From the NCBI GenBank assembly GCA_045603945.1, contig JAZUNC010000016.1, positions 1-31,835 on the forward strand: a stretch of 31,835 nucleotides of DNA, given 5' to 3'. This stretch comes from Acutalibacteraceae bacterium. GTDB taxonomy: Bacteria; Bacillota; Clostridia; Oscillospirales; Acutalibacteraceae. Both the position numbers and the translations under genes were made by a program. Each line of letters begins with the position of its first letter. Position 1 is the stretch's first letter. Below the pieces are notes generated by a model, which saw only the letters and a list, made by a program, of their open reading frames with translations, was not told the DNA's origin and ran no database searches. Of this stretch, positions 6,746 through 15,980 are shown one piece after another.

Positions 6746-7165
6746 TCACTTTTTGAAACAAATATAGAAACAACAAAACACTACTATCAATGCTAATGCC
6801 GTTAACCACCAACACCACGATGGCGTTTTATACCTCACGACTTCGGCAATTACCGGGATACTGTCCACCTCATGCACATATATATAGCTTACGGCAACGC
6901 TATCTACTCGCTTGTGTTGGTGTAAGTCGTGATACAATGTGCCATCTCTCACTCTTGCGGTAGAAGTTGCCCATGTCGTGCTGATGGTGCTTGTCGTGTC
7001 CGTTGTTGTATTAATTACCACCTCGTGGGGTGTTACGACCTCGACAATTGTATCTATCTCTATCTTTGTTATCGTTTTGCTCTTCTCCACAGGCACATAT
7101 ACGGTGCGTGTGCATGCCACGCAGCACGCTACTAACAACACTATATATATAACTATCTTCTTCAT
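6746..7165 (-). CDS. Putative unimolecular spanin
   Basis: N-terminal lipoprotein signal with lipobox-like Cys (LLVACCVAC), beta-rich middle and C-terminal TM segment; follows the endolysin. Confidence 0.65.
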   Translation of the reverse strand: MKKIVIYIVLLVACCVACTRTVYVPVEKSKTITKIEIDTIVEVVTPHEVVINTTTDTTSTISTTWATSTARVRDGTLYHDLHQHKRVDSVAVSYIYVHEVDSIPVIAEVVRYKTPSWCWWLTALALIVVFCCFYICFKK

Positions 7166-7563
7166 CTTTTGTGTATAACTTCTCGCCTGTTACGCCCTTT
7201 TCGCTTGTAGCTGACATGCACCCATGAGTAGCCGTATTCGTCTATCAATTGGTCGAAAGGCAAGTTGTCTCGAATGTAAGCGAATAGCCTCCTATTTCCC
7301 TCCTTTGTACCTGTCGTTATATCTGCTGCCTCGCCAGTCATGTGTTGGCTTCTATTCGCACCTCCTATCGTCTTGTTGAGCTTAGGAGAGCGGTAGCCAC
7401 TATTGACGTAAATAGGCTTGCCGTACGCATCCCTGAGGGGGTCAAGCACCATCTCTACAAGCGTGTGTAAGTTGTCAGCAGAAGTTGCATCAGGAGTGTT
7501 GTCAATGTGCAATGCTCTCGCTGTGTCACTATTCGTTAGCTCTGCCATCGTGAAATGTTTCAT
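7162..7563 (-). CDS. Endolysin, peptidase M15 family (zinc peptidase)
   Basis: VNSGYRSPKLNKTIGGANRSQHMTGEAADI and WVHVSY motifs. Confidence 0.9.
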   Translation of the reverse strand: MKHFTMAELTNSDTARALHIDNTPDATSADNLHTLVEMVLDPLRDAYGKPIYVNSGYRSPKLNKTIGGANRSQHMTGEAADITTGTKEGNRRLFAYIRDNLPFDQLIDEYGYSWVHVSYKRKGRNRREVIHKR

Positions 7564-7927
7564 CGCTTTTCTTATTTCGTTGGCAAAATGTACCTAATTT
7601 CGGCTCCCTGTTTTCGCATTCCTCGCGTAGGCAGATGTGGCTTTCAGCAAATAGCGTGCGTGAAACGAGGTCGTTAATCGTTCGCTGCATGCCTGTCATT
7701 TTTTTATGAAGCGTAACGATGTGTTCCTCGGCAAATTGCACGCGTTTAGAGAGGTACTCGAATTGCTTCACCTCTGTATCGATGCGGCTCTTACGCGTCT
7801 CCTCCTCTTTTTGTTTCGTATTCTCGGCTTCTTGACGCTTCTTGTCTTTCAACGTCACCCAGCCGATAACTCCTCCGAAACAAAGGAAGTTAACAACGAT
7901 AGCTATTATAGATACCCACTCGTTCAT
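7529..7927 (-). CDS. Holin-like membrane protein
   Basis: N-terminal TM segment plus coiled coil; immediately upstream of the endolysin. Confidence 0.55.
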   Translation of the reverse strand: MNEWVSIIAIVVNFLCFGGVIGWVTLKDKKRQEAENTKQKEEETRKSRIDTEVKQFEYLSKRVQFAEEHIVTLHKKMTGMQRTINDLVSRTLFAESHICLREECENREPKLGTFCQRNKKSDETFHDGRANE

Positions 7928-7930
7928 TTT

Positions 7931-8458
7931 TTAGTCGCCTATCACTTTAATTGTCACGCGTCTATTTCGCATGCCTTTGCCACACCCTTTATACTCGTCA
8001 AAATAGCCCATCTCCTCGATGTATAACAGCGTCTCCTTCATATAGCTGTCAGCAACGAGCGTTGCATCATTGGATGCTGCATAACGCTCACGGTAGTCAA
8101 CTTGTCTGCTGAACTCATCATTTTTCTCGACAAAGCCGTAACGCGTTGCGGTTCGTCCGCCGTTTTTTACGATTCTGCCGTAAACATAGTAGGCGAGTGT
8201 TTTACGAATGCCCGCAAACGTCGCTATCTCTCCGCATGGTCGCTTATATTTGCCACCATTTAAGAGGTCGTAATTATGCCCTCCGTTGCCCTCGTTGTTG
8301 AGCAAACGAAGCAAGAGGGCAGCACCGATGGTAGGCTTTAAGTCAAGTTGCTCGGCTTCATCGATGTACACTTCAACATCTTTCACATCTATTGACGAGC
8401 TGCTATTTCTCGCCAACGCAAATACTTCTTGCGGTGTTATTAAATGCTTATCTGCCAT
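7931..8458 (-). CDS. Putative head-tail adaptor (DUF6712-like)
   Basis: Likely start MADKHLITPQEV at 8458, coupled to the portal stop; helical; directly follows the portal. Confidence 0.55.
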   Translation of the reverse strand: MADKHLITPQEVFALARNSSSSIDVKDVEVYIDEAEQLDLKPTIGAALLLRLLNNEGNGGHNYDLLNGGKYKRPCGEIATFAGIRKTLAYYVYGRIVKNGGRTATRYGFVEKNDEFSRQVDYRERYAASNDATLVADSYMKETLLYIEEMGYFDEYKGCGKGMRNRRVTIKVIGD

Positions 8459-9600
8459 TACATTACGTTTTGTGTCTCCGTGCCGCCAAAACGGCATGAA
8501 AGGATTGTAAAATTATCGAAACGCTCCCCTGCCCAGTGTGCAAATATCTTCGCATAGGCTGACGAAATGAATTGCTGCTCCTCCATCACTTGGGCGGCGT
8601 AATCATTCCACGCGTCGCGGACTAAATCGCCAGAAAAGCCAACTTTACCGCGTCGAAGAGACAAAAACACCTCTTGATTAAAGGCACTATATATGTTGTC
8701 TATCACGCTCTCGGTGGTGACGTTAAACATCTTATCGGTGTTAAGCCCCTCAATAGGCTTAAATTCTGGAGCTTCCTCCGACACATCGACCTCCACTTCA
8801 AGGAGCTTTAATGCGTTTGAATCGCCCTGAAAACGTATTAAATCGCCCGAGTAGCCTGTATCGTTATATGTTTCGCCCTCTATCTGTGAGCCACGCTTTG
8901 TTATAAGCATGCCGGCAGGCAAGAAGTTGTTGCGGACGTTTCGATTTCGGATGTTGCTCAACCCCTCGTCGGTCGACAAGTCGGTTAATATGCCATCGTA
9001 CTTTGTCGTTGGGTATCTTCTCCATCCGCTGAGCGAATTCCATTGTATTTGCCCGTCGTAATAGGCTACACCTCCTACCGCCTCTATCTGCTGCATAACA
9101 GCGTGTGGGGCAAAGACGTCTATCCGCTCTATCGTATCGTTGTCAACCCTGACGCGAAGCCCTCCCCGGGTAGAGCTGCCCGACCAGTCGACGTGCGTCA
9201 CTATATGCGAGATGTATCCGTTGTCGTCGCACTCTTCGAGGCGGCAGTTCTCGAACGGCTCATGCTGTATCTCTATCACCTCACCCTCAGTGTTGTAATT
9301 TAGATGCAGTGCGAATCCTCCAAAATGGGCAAGGTCTCTCGATACGAGGTGATGCAAATCACGCATCGTTTGACGATAGCGATTGACCACCGTATTTGCA
9401 AGAGCTTCATCTTGCAGTCCTCGACCCTCTATAAATTTCGCATAACGCTCCAAGCATTGCCGCCCATTTGGCGAAGCCATCACAACAGCTAATGCATGCT
9501 GCGGATATAGGTTGTCATGCCCATAGGCTTGTATGTCGAGACGGCTGTTATACGCTATCTCGACACGCTTGTCCGGCTGCTTTAAGCTTTTTATGTTCAT
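8458..9600 (-). CDS. Portal protein
   Basis: 380 aa; YGHDNLYPQH, DLAHFGGFALHLNYN and RNNFLPAGMLI segments resemble phage portal families. Confidence 0.75.
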   Translation of the reverse strand: MNIKSLKQPDKRVEIAYNSRLDIQAYGHDNLYPQHALAVVMASPNGRQCLERYAKFIEGRGLQDEALANTVVNRYRQTMRDLHHLVSRDLAHFGGFALHLNYNTEGEVIEIQHEPFENCRLEECDDNGYISHIVTHVDWSGSSTRGGLRVRVDNDTIERIDVFAPHAVMQQIEAVGGVAYYDGQIQWNSLSGWRRYPTTKYDGILTDLSTDEGLSNIRNRNVRNNFLPAGMLITKRGSQIEGETYNDTGYSGDLIRFQGDSNALKLLEVEVDVSEEAPEFKPIEGLNTDKMFNVTTESVIDNIYSAFNQEVFLSLRRGKVGFSGDLVRDAWNDYAAQVMEEQQFISSAYAKIFAHWAGERFDNFTILSCRFGGTETQNVM

Positions 9601-10013
9601 TATTTTTTACGCTTTTTTGGCTGTTTTTCGGTCTCCTGTTCTTCTTGCTCCTCCTCTTCGGGTATCGCTTCGAATAGCGACTTCTTTTGAGGGTACTTCG
9701 CGAGATAAGCCTTAGCCACCTCGTCAGTGATGTTGACGTGCGTGTAAACATCTGTCGTGTCGGGTAGTTGTATAACGACACCACGTTTAAGCTTGTATTT
9801 TTGTTCACTCATTGCATTTAATGTTTTAATTTTCAACGATATAATAATAAGTGCATCATTGTACACGTCAGGGCAATTGCATCTCCTTAACGGCTCTCCG
9901 GTTACATGCTTATATAGCCGTCGTATGTCGTTTTTAACTTCATCGGGGATGAGGGATGCACCCCTCACCCCCGATAAGCTGTTAAAGAGTTGTATTGCCA
10001 CCTCGTGTGTCAT
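9600..10013 (-). CDS. Conserved structural-region hypothetical protein
   Basis: 137 aa with a CxC motif and charged C-terminus; coupled between tail tube and portal. Confidence 0.65.
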   Translation of the reverse strand: MTHEVAIQLFNSLSGVRGASLIPDEVKNDIRRLYKHVTGEPLRRCNCPDVYNDALIIISLKIKTLNAMSEQKYKLKRGVVIQLPDTTDVYTHVNITDEVAKAYLAKYPQKKSLFEAIPEEEEQEEQETEKQPKKRKK

Positions 10014-10615
10014 TAGTTACTCGCAACCATCGACTCCAACGCAGTTTTCGTAGCCGCGTAAGACGTCTTGTAAAGGTACATCTCCGACTTCGGGGCTTGC
10101 GTCTCGGTGAGCGTTATAGCCCAACCCGAGCGTGTATCGTCGCTATACTTGTCTGCCTCTCCAGCACTTACGATAGCTCCCTGGTGAAAGCCGTAAATTT
10201 GGAAAGCTGCCGAGCCGGGCAACGTCTTTCGCAAGCCCTTGTATTTGTTTTCGAGAATGACGACAAATTCCTCGCCACTGATGAGGGGGTCGATGATGTT
10301 GTGGGCAACATCCGGTCCATTGTCTGGCACAACGAAAGCAACATTGTGCGTTGTGCCGTTAACATAAGTGCCTACTTCTACCGACGAGTTAGTGCCTGTA
10401 AAGGCATTGTTTTGTTGGTAGATGCGAACGGCTTTTTTGCCACTAATTAGCGGCAAGTCCTCGATAATGTTGTCATTATCGGCATTAAATGTAACGGAGC
10501 CAAAATCGATATCCGCTCTGCGGAGCAGATAGCCAATGCTTTCAACGCCCTTTTGTATCGGCTCGTTGCAATTCGACTTAATATCCGTCACAACTGCTCT
10601 ATCACATAAGCTCAT
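10013..10615 (-). CDS. Putative major tail (tube) protein
   Basis: 200 aa, beta-rich, directly after the major capsid gene; resembles Bacteroidota siphophage tail proteins. Confidence 0.6.
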   Translation of the reverse strand: MSLCDRAVVTDIKSNCNEPIQKGVESIGYLLRRADIDFGSVTFNADNDNIIEDLPLISGKKAVRIYQQNNAFTGTNSSVEVGTYVNGTTHNVAFVVPDNGPDVAHNIIDPLISGEEFVVILENKYKGLRKTLPGSAAFQIYGFHQGAIVSAGEADKYSDDTRSGWAITLTETQAPKSEMYLYKTSYAATKTALESMVASN

Positions 10616-10633
10616 ATATACCTCCTCTCTCTC

Positions 10634-11710
10634 TTAGTAAGCGACTTGAATCATATTGTCTTGACCGATAATAGTACCAATCGCACCCTTCGACTTCAAC
10701 AAGTTAAGTTCGCTCTTGGGGTCGAAGAACACGTTTAACTCTGCGAAGTCGGTGTAACCATCGATACCTACGAGCAAGTTATCTGTTGTCGAGTAGAAAG
10801 CCCGGTGAGGCTTATTCCATTTAGTACCTGTGCTTTCGTATGCCTGTATGACGCTATCCCAGAGAGGCACGGCTACGAGGCGAATGCCTTGGTAATACGA
10901 CTCAGTAACACCCTCGAAGATAGATTGCCATTGCAACTCGCTACCTACGTTGTTGTTGCGTATATCTCGCACCAACGCATCTTTGAGCGATTGAGTGACA
11001 AATATAACTTGGTTTGGTGCTTGACGCAGCTCAGGTGATGCACTCATGATGAGGTTGTCAAGGATGCCGGTTGCAACGCCATCGGCAAGGATGCCCGACT
11101 TTTGAGCTGCAAATGTGGTTTGATTGTTTGCCGCTATCTCAACGCGACGCAAGGAGTTTGCTGCGACGATTTCAAAAGCATGCTTCCAAAATCCGTCGGT
11201 AACGCTGAAATAAGCAGGGTCAACACCGTTAGTGATTACGCCACCATCTGCGACGTTGTCGGCAGCCGTATCTCCAAACCACGCAAAACGCATCAACATC
11301 TTATAGATGGCGAGCTCCATGCGGGGATATACAACATCGTCGAGGTATTCTGTGCCGGTGAGGTCGTCGATGTTTGCACCGCGACGCATTGCAACCTGAG
11401 CAAGTGTACCGATAAGGTCTCTGTAACAAATTTGCTCGTAAACGCCCCATTCTCCAAGCTCCCACGTTTTTTCGCTCGTAGCGATAGCCGTGTTGTTATA
11501 GGTGGGGTTGCAGCCTTGTGCCGCTTGACCAATCAATCCGAACTCCCCTACGAAGCCGACTTTTTTACCGGGGAGGACACCGAAAATTACGTTAAACACT
11601 TGTGCGAGGCGTTCAGAGCCAAGCACTTTTGCGAAGATAAGCTCATTGAGCGATTGCAATGCACCGTTGGAGGGTGTCAATGCTTCAAAGTTAATTCCTG
11701 CACTTCCCAT
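10634..11710 (-). CDS. Major capsid protein (HK97 fold expected)
   Basis: 358 aa directly downstream of the Clp protease/scaffold gene. Confidence 0.75.
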   Translation of the reverse strand: MGSAGINFEALTPSNGALQSLNELIFAKVLGSERLAQVFNVIFGVLPGKKVGFVGEFGLIGQAAQGCNPTYNNTAIATSEKTWELGEWGVYEQICYRDLIGTLAQVAMRRGANIDDLTGTEYLDDVVYPRMELAIYKMLMRFAWFGDTAADNVADGGVITNGVDPAYFSVTDGFWKHAFEIVAANSLRRVEIAANNQTTFAAQKSGILADGVATGILDNLIMSASPELRQAPNQVIFVTQSLKDALVRDIRNNNVGSELQWQSIFEGVTESYYQGIRLVAVPLWDSVIQAYESTGTKWNKPHRAFYSTTDNLLVGIDGYTDFAELNVFFDPKSELNLLKSKGAIGTIIGQDNMIQVAY

Positions 11711-11715
11711 ATTAC

Positions 11716-12828
11716 CTATTTTTTGTTGTTTTTACGAATTTCAGCCAGCTCTGCCTCGATGCGAGATACACCAAGTGCCGGCTTGCTCTCTGTATGCGTG
11801 CGTTGGGTAGCTGCTCGATTGCTCACTGCGATGCTTTTTAGCCACTCCGCACCTCCAGCCTTTGCAACGGTGTCAAGGATTGCCACCTCCTCGGTGGTCT
11901 TTTGAGATGCAGTTAACATCTCTACCTGTGTTGTTAGCTCCTCCACGCGAGCGGTCAACTGCTCGATAGTATCTGCCATCGCTTGCTCCTCCTCTGTCAG
12001 CTCCTCAGGAACATCCTCAGGGTCGCGAATTTCGGTAATCACACCGTCGTTAACAACTACAACGCGACCATCTTCAAGCATATGCTCTCCGTCGGGCGAA
12101 GCCTTATCTCCTACCTTTGGGTCGTCGGCATCTGTCTCAACGACCAACTCTGTGCCGGCTGTCGTGGTAAGTCGCAATTCTGCAACTGCACCCTCTAACA
12201 TCTCGGCTGCACGCTGTAACAAGCGTGCGATTGCGTTCTTCTTTGCCATTTTATTGTTAATATTGGTTAATGCTGTGTTTGGTGTATTTATCGCACCAAT
12301 GATACCGAGAGCTAACGCCTCTTCGGCATCCATCTCTCTGTCCTCTCTCATTATAGAGGCGATTGTATCCGCGTCACTCCCGGTACGCTCCGCATAAAGC
12401 TCGATGAATTTTTGCGTTTCGATACGCAACTCCTCTGACAGCCTGCCAAGCGTCTCACTCGTCGCGTCAACACCTATCGCATAGGCAGGGTAGCGAGGCT
12501 CGTGTATGCAAAACGTTGCGTGAGGAGCAGAGTAGCGTGCTTCCTTTGGTGCCGCCATCAACACAACGCTTGCCATCGACGCACATACACCCTCAACCGT
12601 GGCAGTGATGTTTTTACCCGACGAGCGAAGTACATCATATATAGCCCACCCGTCTTGCACGCTGCCGCCTCGCGAGTTAATTAAGATGTCAATGTTGTTG
12701 TCGCTATCCGGCAAGCTTGTTATAAAGTCGCTGATTTCGGAGAGCGAAACATGCTCGATGCCACACCATGAGAGATACGAGCTCTCCTCTCCATCTGCTA
12801 TTACTCCGTAAATTTTTAATATTGCCAT
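11716..12828 (-). CDS. ClpP-like (S14) prohead protease with C-terminal scaffold-like coiled coil
   Basis: INSRGGSV, CASMAS (Ser), CIHEP (His). Likely start MAILKIYG at 12828. Confidence 0.88.
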   Translation of the reverse strand: MAILKIYGVIADGEESSYLSWCGIEHVSLSEISDFITSLPDSDNNIDILINSRGGSVQDGWAIYDVLRSSGKNITATVEGVCASMASVVLMAAPKEARYSAPHATFCIHEPRYPAYAIGVDATSETLGRLSEELRIETQKFIELYAERTGSDADTIASIMREDREMDAEEALALGIIGAINTPNTALTNINNKMAKKNAIARLLQRAAEMLEGAVAELRLTTTAGTELVVETDADDPKVGDKASPDGEHMLEDGRVVVVNDGVITEIRDPEDVPEELTEEEQAMADTIEQLTARVEELTTQVEMLTASQKTTEEVAILDTVAKAGGAEWLKSIAVSNRAATQRTHTESKPALGVSRIEAELAEIRKNNKK

Positions 12829-12851
12829 AAAAAACCTATTGAAAACCTGCT

Positions 12852-12882
12852 CAAATATAAATGATTTGATTTTTAATGCAAT
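12852..12882 (-). promoter_or_regulatory. Promoter of the capsid operon
   Basis: Minus-strand TATATTTG at 12852-12859, with (A)TTG about 19 nt upstream. Confidence 0.55.
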
Positions 12883-12899
12883 ATTTTGCGACTTAAAAA

Positions 12900-12922
12900 G
12901 CACTATCAAATTTTGATAGTGC
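12900..12922. promoter_or_regulatory. Perfect palindrome, candidate activator or operator site
   Basis: GCACTATCAAA-T-TTTGATAGTGC (11-bp arms), just upstream of the -33 box. Confidence 0.65.
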
Positions 12923-12934
12923 CATTACAAGCCG

Positions 12935-13168
12935 TTATACTGCTATTTCTTTTTTGAATTTTTTTACCACTCTATAAATATTTGCGATAGATACACCGTG
13001 CTTGCTCGCAAGGTATTCCGCTGTAAAAGTCACTTTGAAGCCTCTATCTTTCATTGCATTGTATTCCTCGACTATAAAGAGCATGGCGAGGTCGTTAGGT
13101 GTTATATTGTTTCGCCCCATAACGCCTAACAGCTCGCTATGCTCTTTTATGAAGTCGTGAATTGTCAT
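12935..13168 (-). CDS. Small Mor-like HTH transcription regulator
   Basis: 77 aa; EYLASKHGVSIANIYRVVKKF HTH at the C-terminus. Confidence 0.6.
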   Translation of the reverse strand: MTIHDFIKEHSELLGVMGRNNITPNDLAMLFIVEEYNAMKDRGFKVTFTAEYLASKHGVSIANIYRVVKKFKKEIAV

Positions 13169-15978
13169 CGTTTTGCTATATCTTCAAGAACTTTTACGCG
13201 ATTAGCTACCCGAGTTATCTCTTGCACGTTGACCACTGGCGATGGCATCATTTCAACACCTCGGGCAAAAGCCCTTGCCAGCATCTCCTCTCCCGTGGCG
13301 TTGTTGCTGCTCACCGTGATAGGCACTCCTCCGCCCATCTGATTGAAAGCCGACAATACGGGGGCAAACATCGACGTGGCTTGTGCCGTCATCACGCTTT
13401 CACCGTTTGATAGCATTGCCGGTATGCTGTCACTCGTACCTGTACCCTCACCTGTAACGAGACCACCGGTAGCAAATTTAGCACCCTTGACGGTAGTGAT
13501 AGCCGTAGCCATGTTTGCGAGTACTGTCGCGATAGTAGTTGCGATAGCTGGGATGCTTGCAGGAAACCCAACGGATAACGCAGAAGATACGCCTTTGGCA
13601 ATAGCTACACCAGTGTTAAAGGCTATTTCCGCGAGTGCTAAAACTTTACCTCGCTTAGCTGCTTCTTCCTCGGTATCACTGGTAGCATCTATGAGGCTTC
13701 CAATTGCGGAAAACATAGCAGTAGTAGCTTCTTGTAACTCTTTTTTTCGCTCTATCTCCATTCGCTCTATCTCCTCCCTCGCATCTTGCTCCTTTTTGGC
13801 GAGTGCCAGCTTGTCAGCTTCAGCCTTTTGCATTGCTGCATATTCCGCTGCAATTCTTTGCTGTTCCGCTTCGCTCGATTTACGATTGATTTCTGCTATC
13901 TCGTTTTCGCGTGCAGCGTTCAGGGCTACAATAGCATCATTTTTTTGCTTCTCCAACGCTTCTATGTCGGTTGCATATTTCTTGTTAGCCTCAAACGACG
14001 CATTAAGCTCGGCAACCTCAGCATCATATTTCGCATTAACTTGCTCGATAGCTGTATAGGTGTTATCTACAATTATCTTTCGTAGCTGCTCTTCATATCT
14101 TTCGAGGTCTTTCAACGCCTTTTCTTGCTCCCGTGCCGCTTCTTTTATTGCTTTGTCGTCGACAACTTCCGTTGTCTTCTTTGTAGACGTGACAGACACC
14201 GACGTTTGAACTCCGACCTGTTGCTGAGAAGCCTCCTCTATATTTTTCTTCGTTTTGTCGTAAGCGGCACTATATGCAGCACTGACTTTGCCGGGTATCT
14301 CTGTAATTTCCTTCAACCATTTATCCCACGCATCACCTACGTTAGACCAATTAAAGGTGATAACGTTATATAACAAGTCGCCCATCGCCTTAATGGATTG
14401 CATCGATTCACCAACATATGTAAGAACGGCCGAGAACACCGCACTTATTTCCGCACCGAATTTAAGAACTCCGTTAATTATTCCCGTAAGATATGTATTA
14501 AGGAACGTTTTGCCTTGCGTCATCAGGTCGTCGAAGCTCTCCCCCATGCCTCCGAATAGCTGATTAGTTGCTTTTTGCAACTCTATTTGACTTTCGAGGT
14601 AGTCATCTTGTAGCTGAGCATAATCCCCTGCTTTGCCTTTCACTTCGTCAAGGTCGGTTGATATATCTTTGAGCGTCTTCAAATACTGCAAGCCAGCATC
14701 CTCACCTGCACCTCCAAAGATGTCTGCTACCGCAGTGCCGACTTCTTGACTTGTCGCCGGCAATTCGTTCAACTTCTCACTAACGAGTTGTATCGCGTCA
14801 AACGCGGTCATTGAGCCATCTGCCATTGCTTGCTGTATCTCTTGCCCCGACAAGCCTATGCCAGCCAACGCTTCATCGGTGGCTGTTGTCATCTCTCGCA
14901 TCCTTATTGTCGCCTCTTTGATGGCGTCTACACCCTTATCGCTGTAAACGCCTTGCTTAACCGCTTCGGTGCTGATGGCAACGAACTCGCTTGCCGACAA
15001 GCCAGCCTCCTTGAAAAACGCAGGGTACTCTTTCACAACATCGAGGAATTGACCCGACACGTCAGCACCTGACACGAAGCCATCTTTGACAACATTTATA
15101 GCCTCATCGTATGTGATACCGAATTGTTTTGCCAACGTGTTAGCCGACTGCATCACTTCGTTGAAGTCCTTGCCGTACACATCGGCTACCGCTTGCACCT
15201 CGTCACGATAATTTATCAGCTCATCGCCAGAAAGCCCAGTAAATTGCTCTGTCAATCTCGTCGCCTCCGATAGACCTTTGTTGAAATCGAACCAAAATTT
15301 AACGCCCTCGGCTATCTTCGTTACGCCAAAAATAGTGAGAAATACGGGGTTGGCGGATAACGCTTTCATCGCTCCTCCAAGCCCCACGATTCCACCTTTC
15401 AAGCCCGGTATAATGCCATTCGCAAAGTTCATCGAGTCGGCTATACCCATCATCGACGAGCCGAAGCCTTGATTAAGTCCTAATACGTTTTTTATAGCCC
15501 CCTCATAATTTCCGACGTTGCGATAAAATCTACCGGTTGCCTCCTCACTTCCTTTTATCTCGTCAGTGATGGCTGCTATTCGGTCTCGAAGTTCTGTCCC
15601 CTCCATGCCCTCACGCTGTGCCTTGCCGAGGCTGTCGTATTCATTCGTCAACCTCGACAACTCAGCACGCAACGACTTCAAGCTACCCTCGTTGTTCATG
15701 TTCTCACGCACCGTGTTTGCGACCACTCTGTTAAGGTCACTCATCGAGCGTTTGTACTCCGTTGTCTCGGCATTGGTGGCTGCTATCTCCTCCGAGAGAG
15801 CTTGCATCTGCTCAGCGTAGTCATCGGACGACTTGTCAAGCTCCTTAATTGCTTTTTGCAGCTCCTTAACATGTTGCTTGTTGTCGTCAATTTTTCGCGA
15901 TAAGTCAGCAATCTTCTTAATTGCTGCTCCGTTATCAATGCTAATTGATATAATTGCTGTTCTTTTGTCTTCTGCCAT
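13165..15978 (-). CDS. Tail tape measure protein
   Basis: 937 aa, helical and Ala/Gly-rich, with coiled coils; C-terminal FATGGLVTGEGTGTSDSIPAMLSNGESVM motif. Confidence 0.9.
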   Translation of the reverse strand: MAEDKRTAIISISIDNGAAIKKIADLSRKIDDNKQHVKELQKAIKELDKSSDDYAEQMQALSEEIAATNAETTEYKRSMSDLNRVVANTVRENMNNEGSLKSLRAELSRLTNEYDSLGKAQREGMEGTELRDRIAAITDEIKGSEEATGRFYRNVGNYEGAIKNVLGLNQGFGSSMMGIADSMNFANGIIPGLKGGIVGLGGAMKALSANPVFLTIFGVTKIAEGVKFWFDFNKGLSEATRLTEQFTGLSGDELINYRDEVQAVADVYGKDFNEVMQSANTLAKQFGITYDEAINVVKDGFVSGADVSGQFLDVVKEYPAFFKEAGLSASEFVAISTEAVKQGVYSDKGVDAIKEATIRMREMTTATDEALAGIGLSGQEIQQAMADGSMTAFDAIQLVSEKLNELPATSQEVGTAVADIFGGAGEDAGLQYLKTLKDISTDLDEVKGKAGDYAQLQDDYLESQIELQKATNQLFGGMGESFDDLMTQGKTFLNTYLTGIINGVLKFGAEISAVFSAVLTYVGESMQSIKAMGDLLYNVITFNWSNVGDAWDKWLKEITEIPGKVSAAYSAAYDKTKKNIEEASQQQVGVQTSVSVTSTKKTTEVVDDKAIKEAAREQEKALKDLERYEEQLRKIIVDNTYTAIEQVNAKYDAEVAELNASFEANKKYATDIEALEKQKNDAIVALNAARENEIAEINRKSSEAEQQRIAAEYAAMQKAEADKLALAKKEQDAREEIERMEIERKKELQEATTAMFSAIGSLIDATSDTEEEAAKRGKVLALAEIAFNTGVAIAKGVSSALSVGFPASIPAIATTIATVLANMATAITTVKGAKFATGGLVTGEGTGTSDSIPAMLSNGESVMTAQATSMFAPVLSAFNQMGGGVPITVSSNNATGEEMLARAFARGVEMMPSPVVNVQEITRVANRVKVLEDIAKR

Positions 15979-15980
15979 CT

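Noticed and set aside
9995-15820. Long plus-strand ORFs such as 11102-11905 and 13343-14059
   Set aside because: They are antisense shadows of the capsid and tape measure genes with no motifs; the same applies to most plus-strand ORFs in the track.
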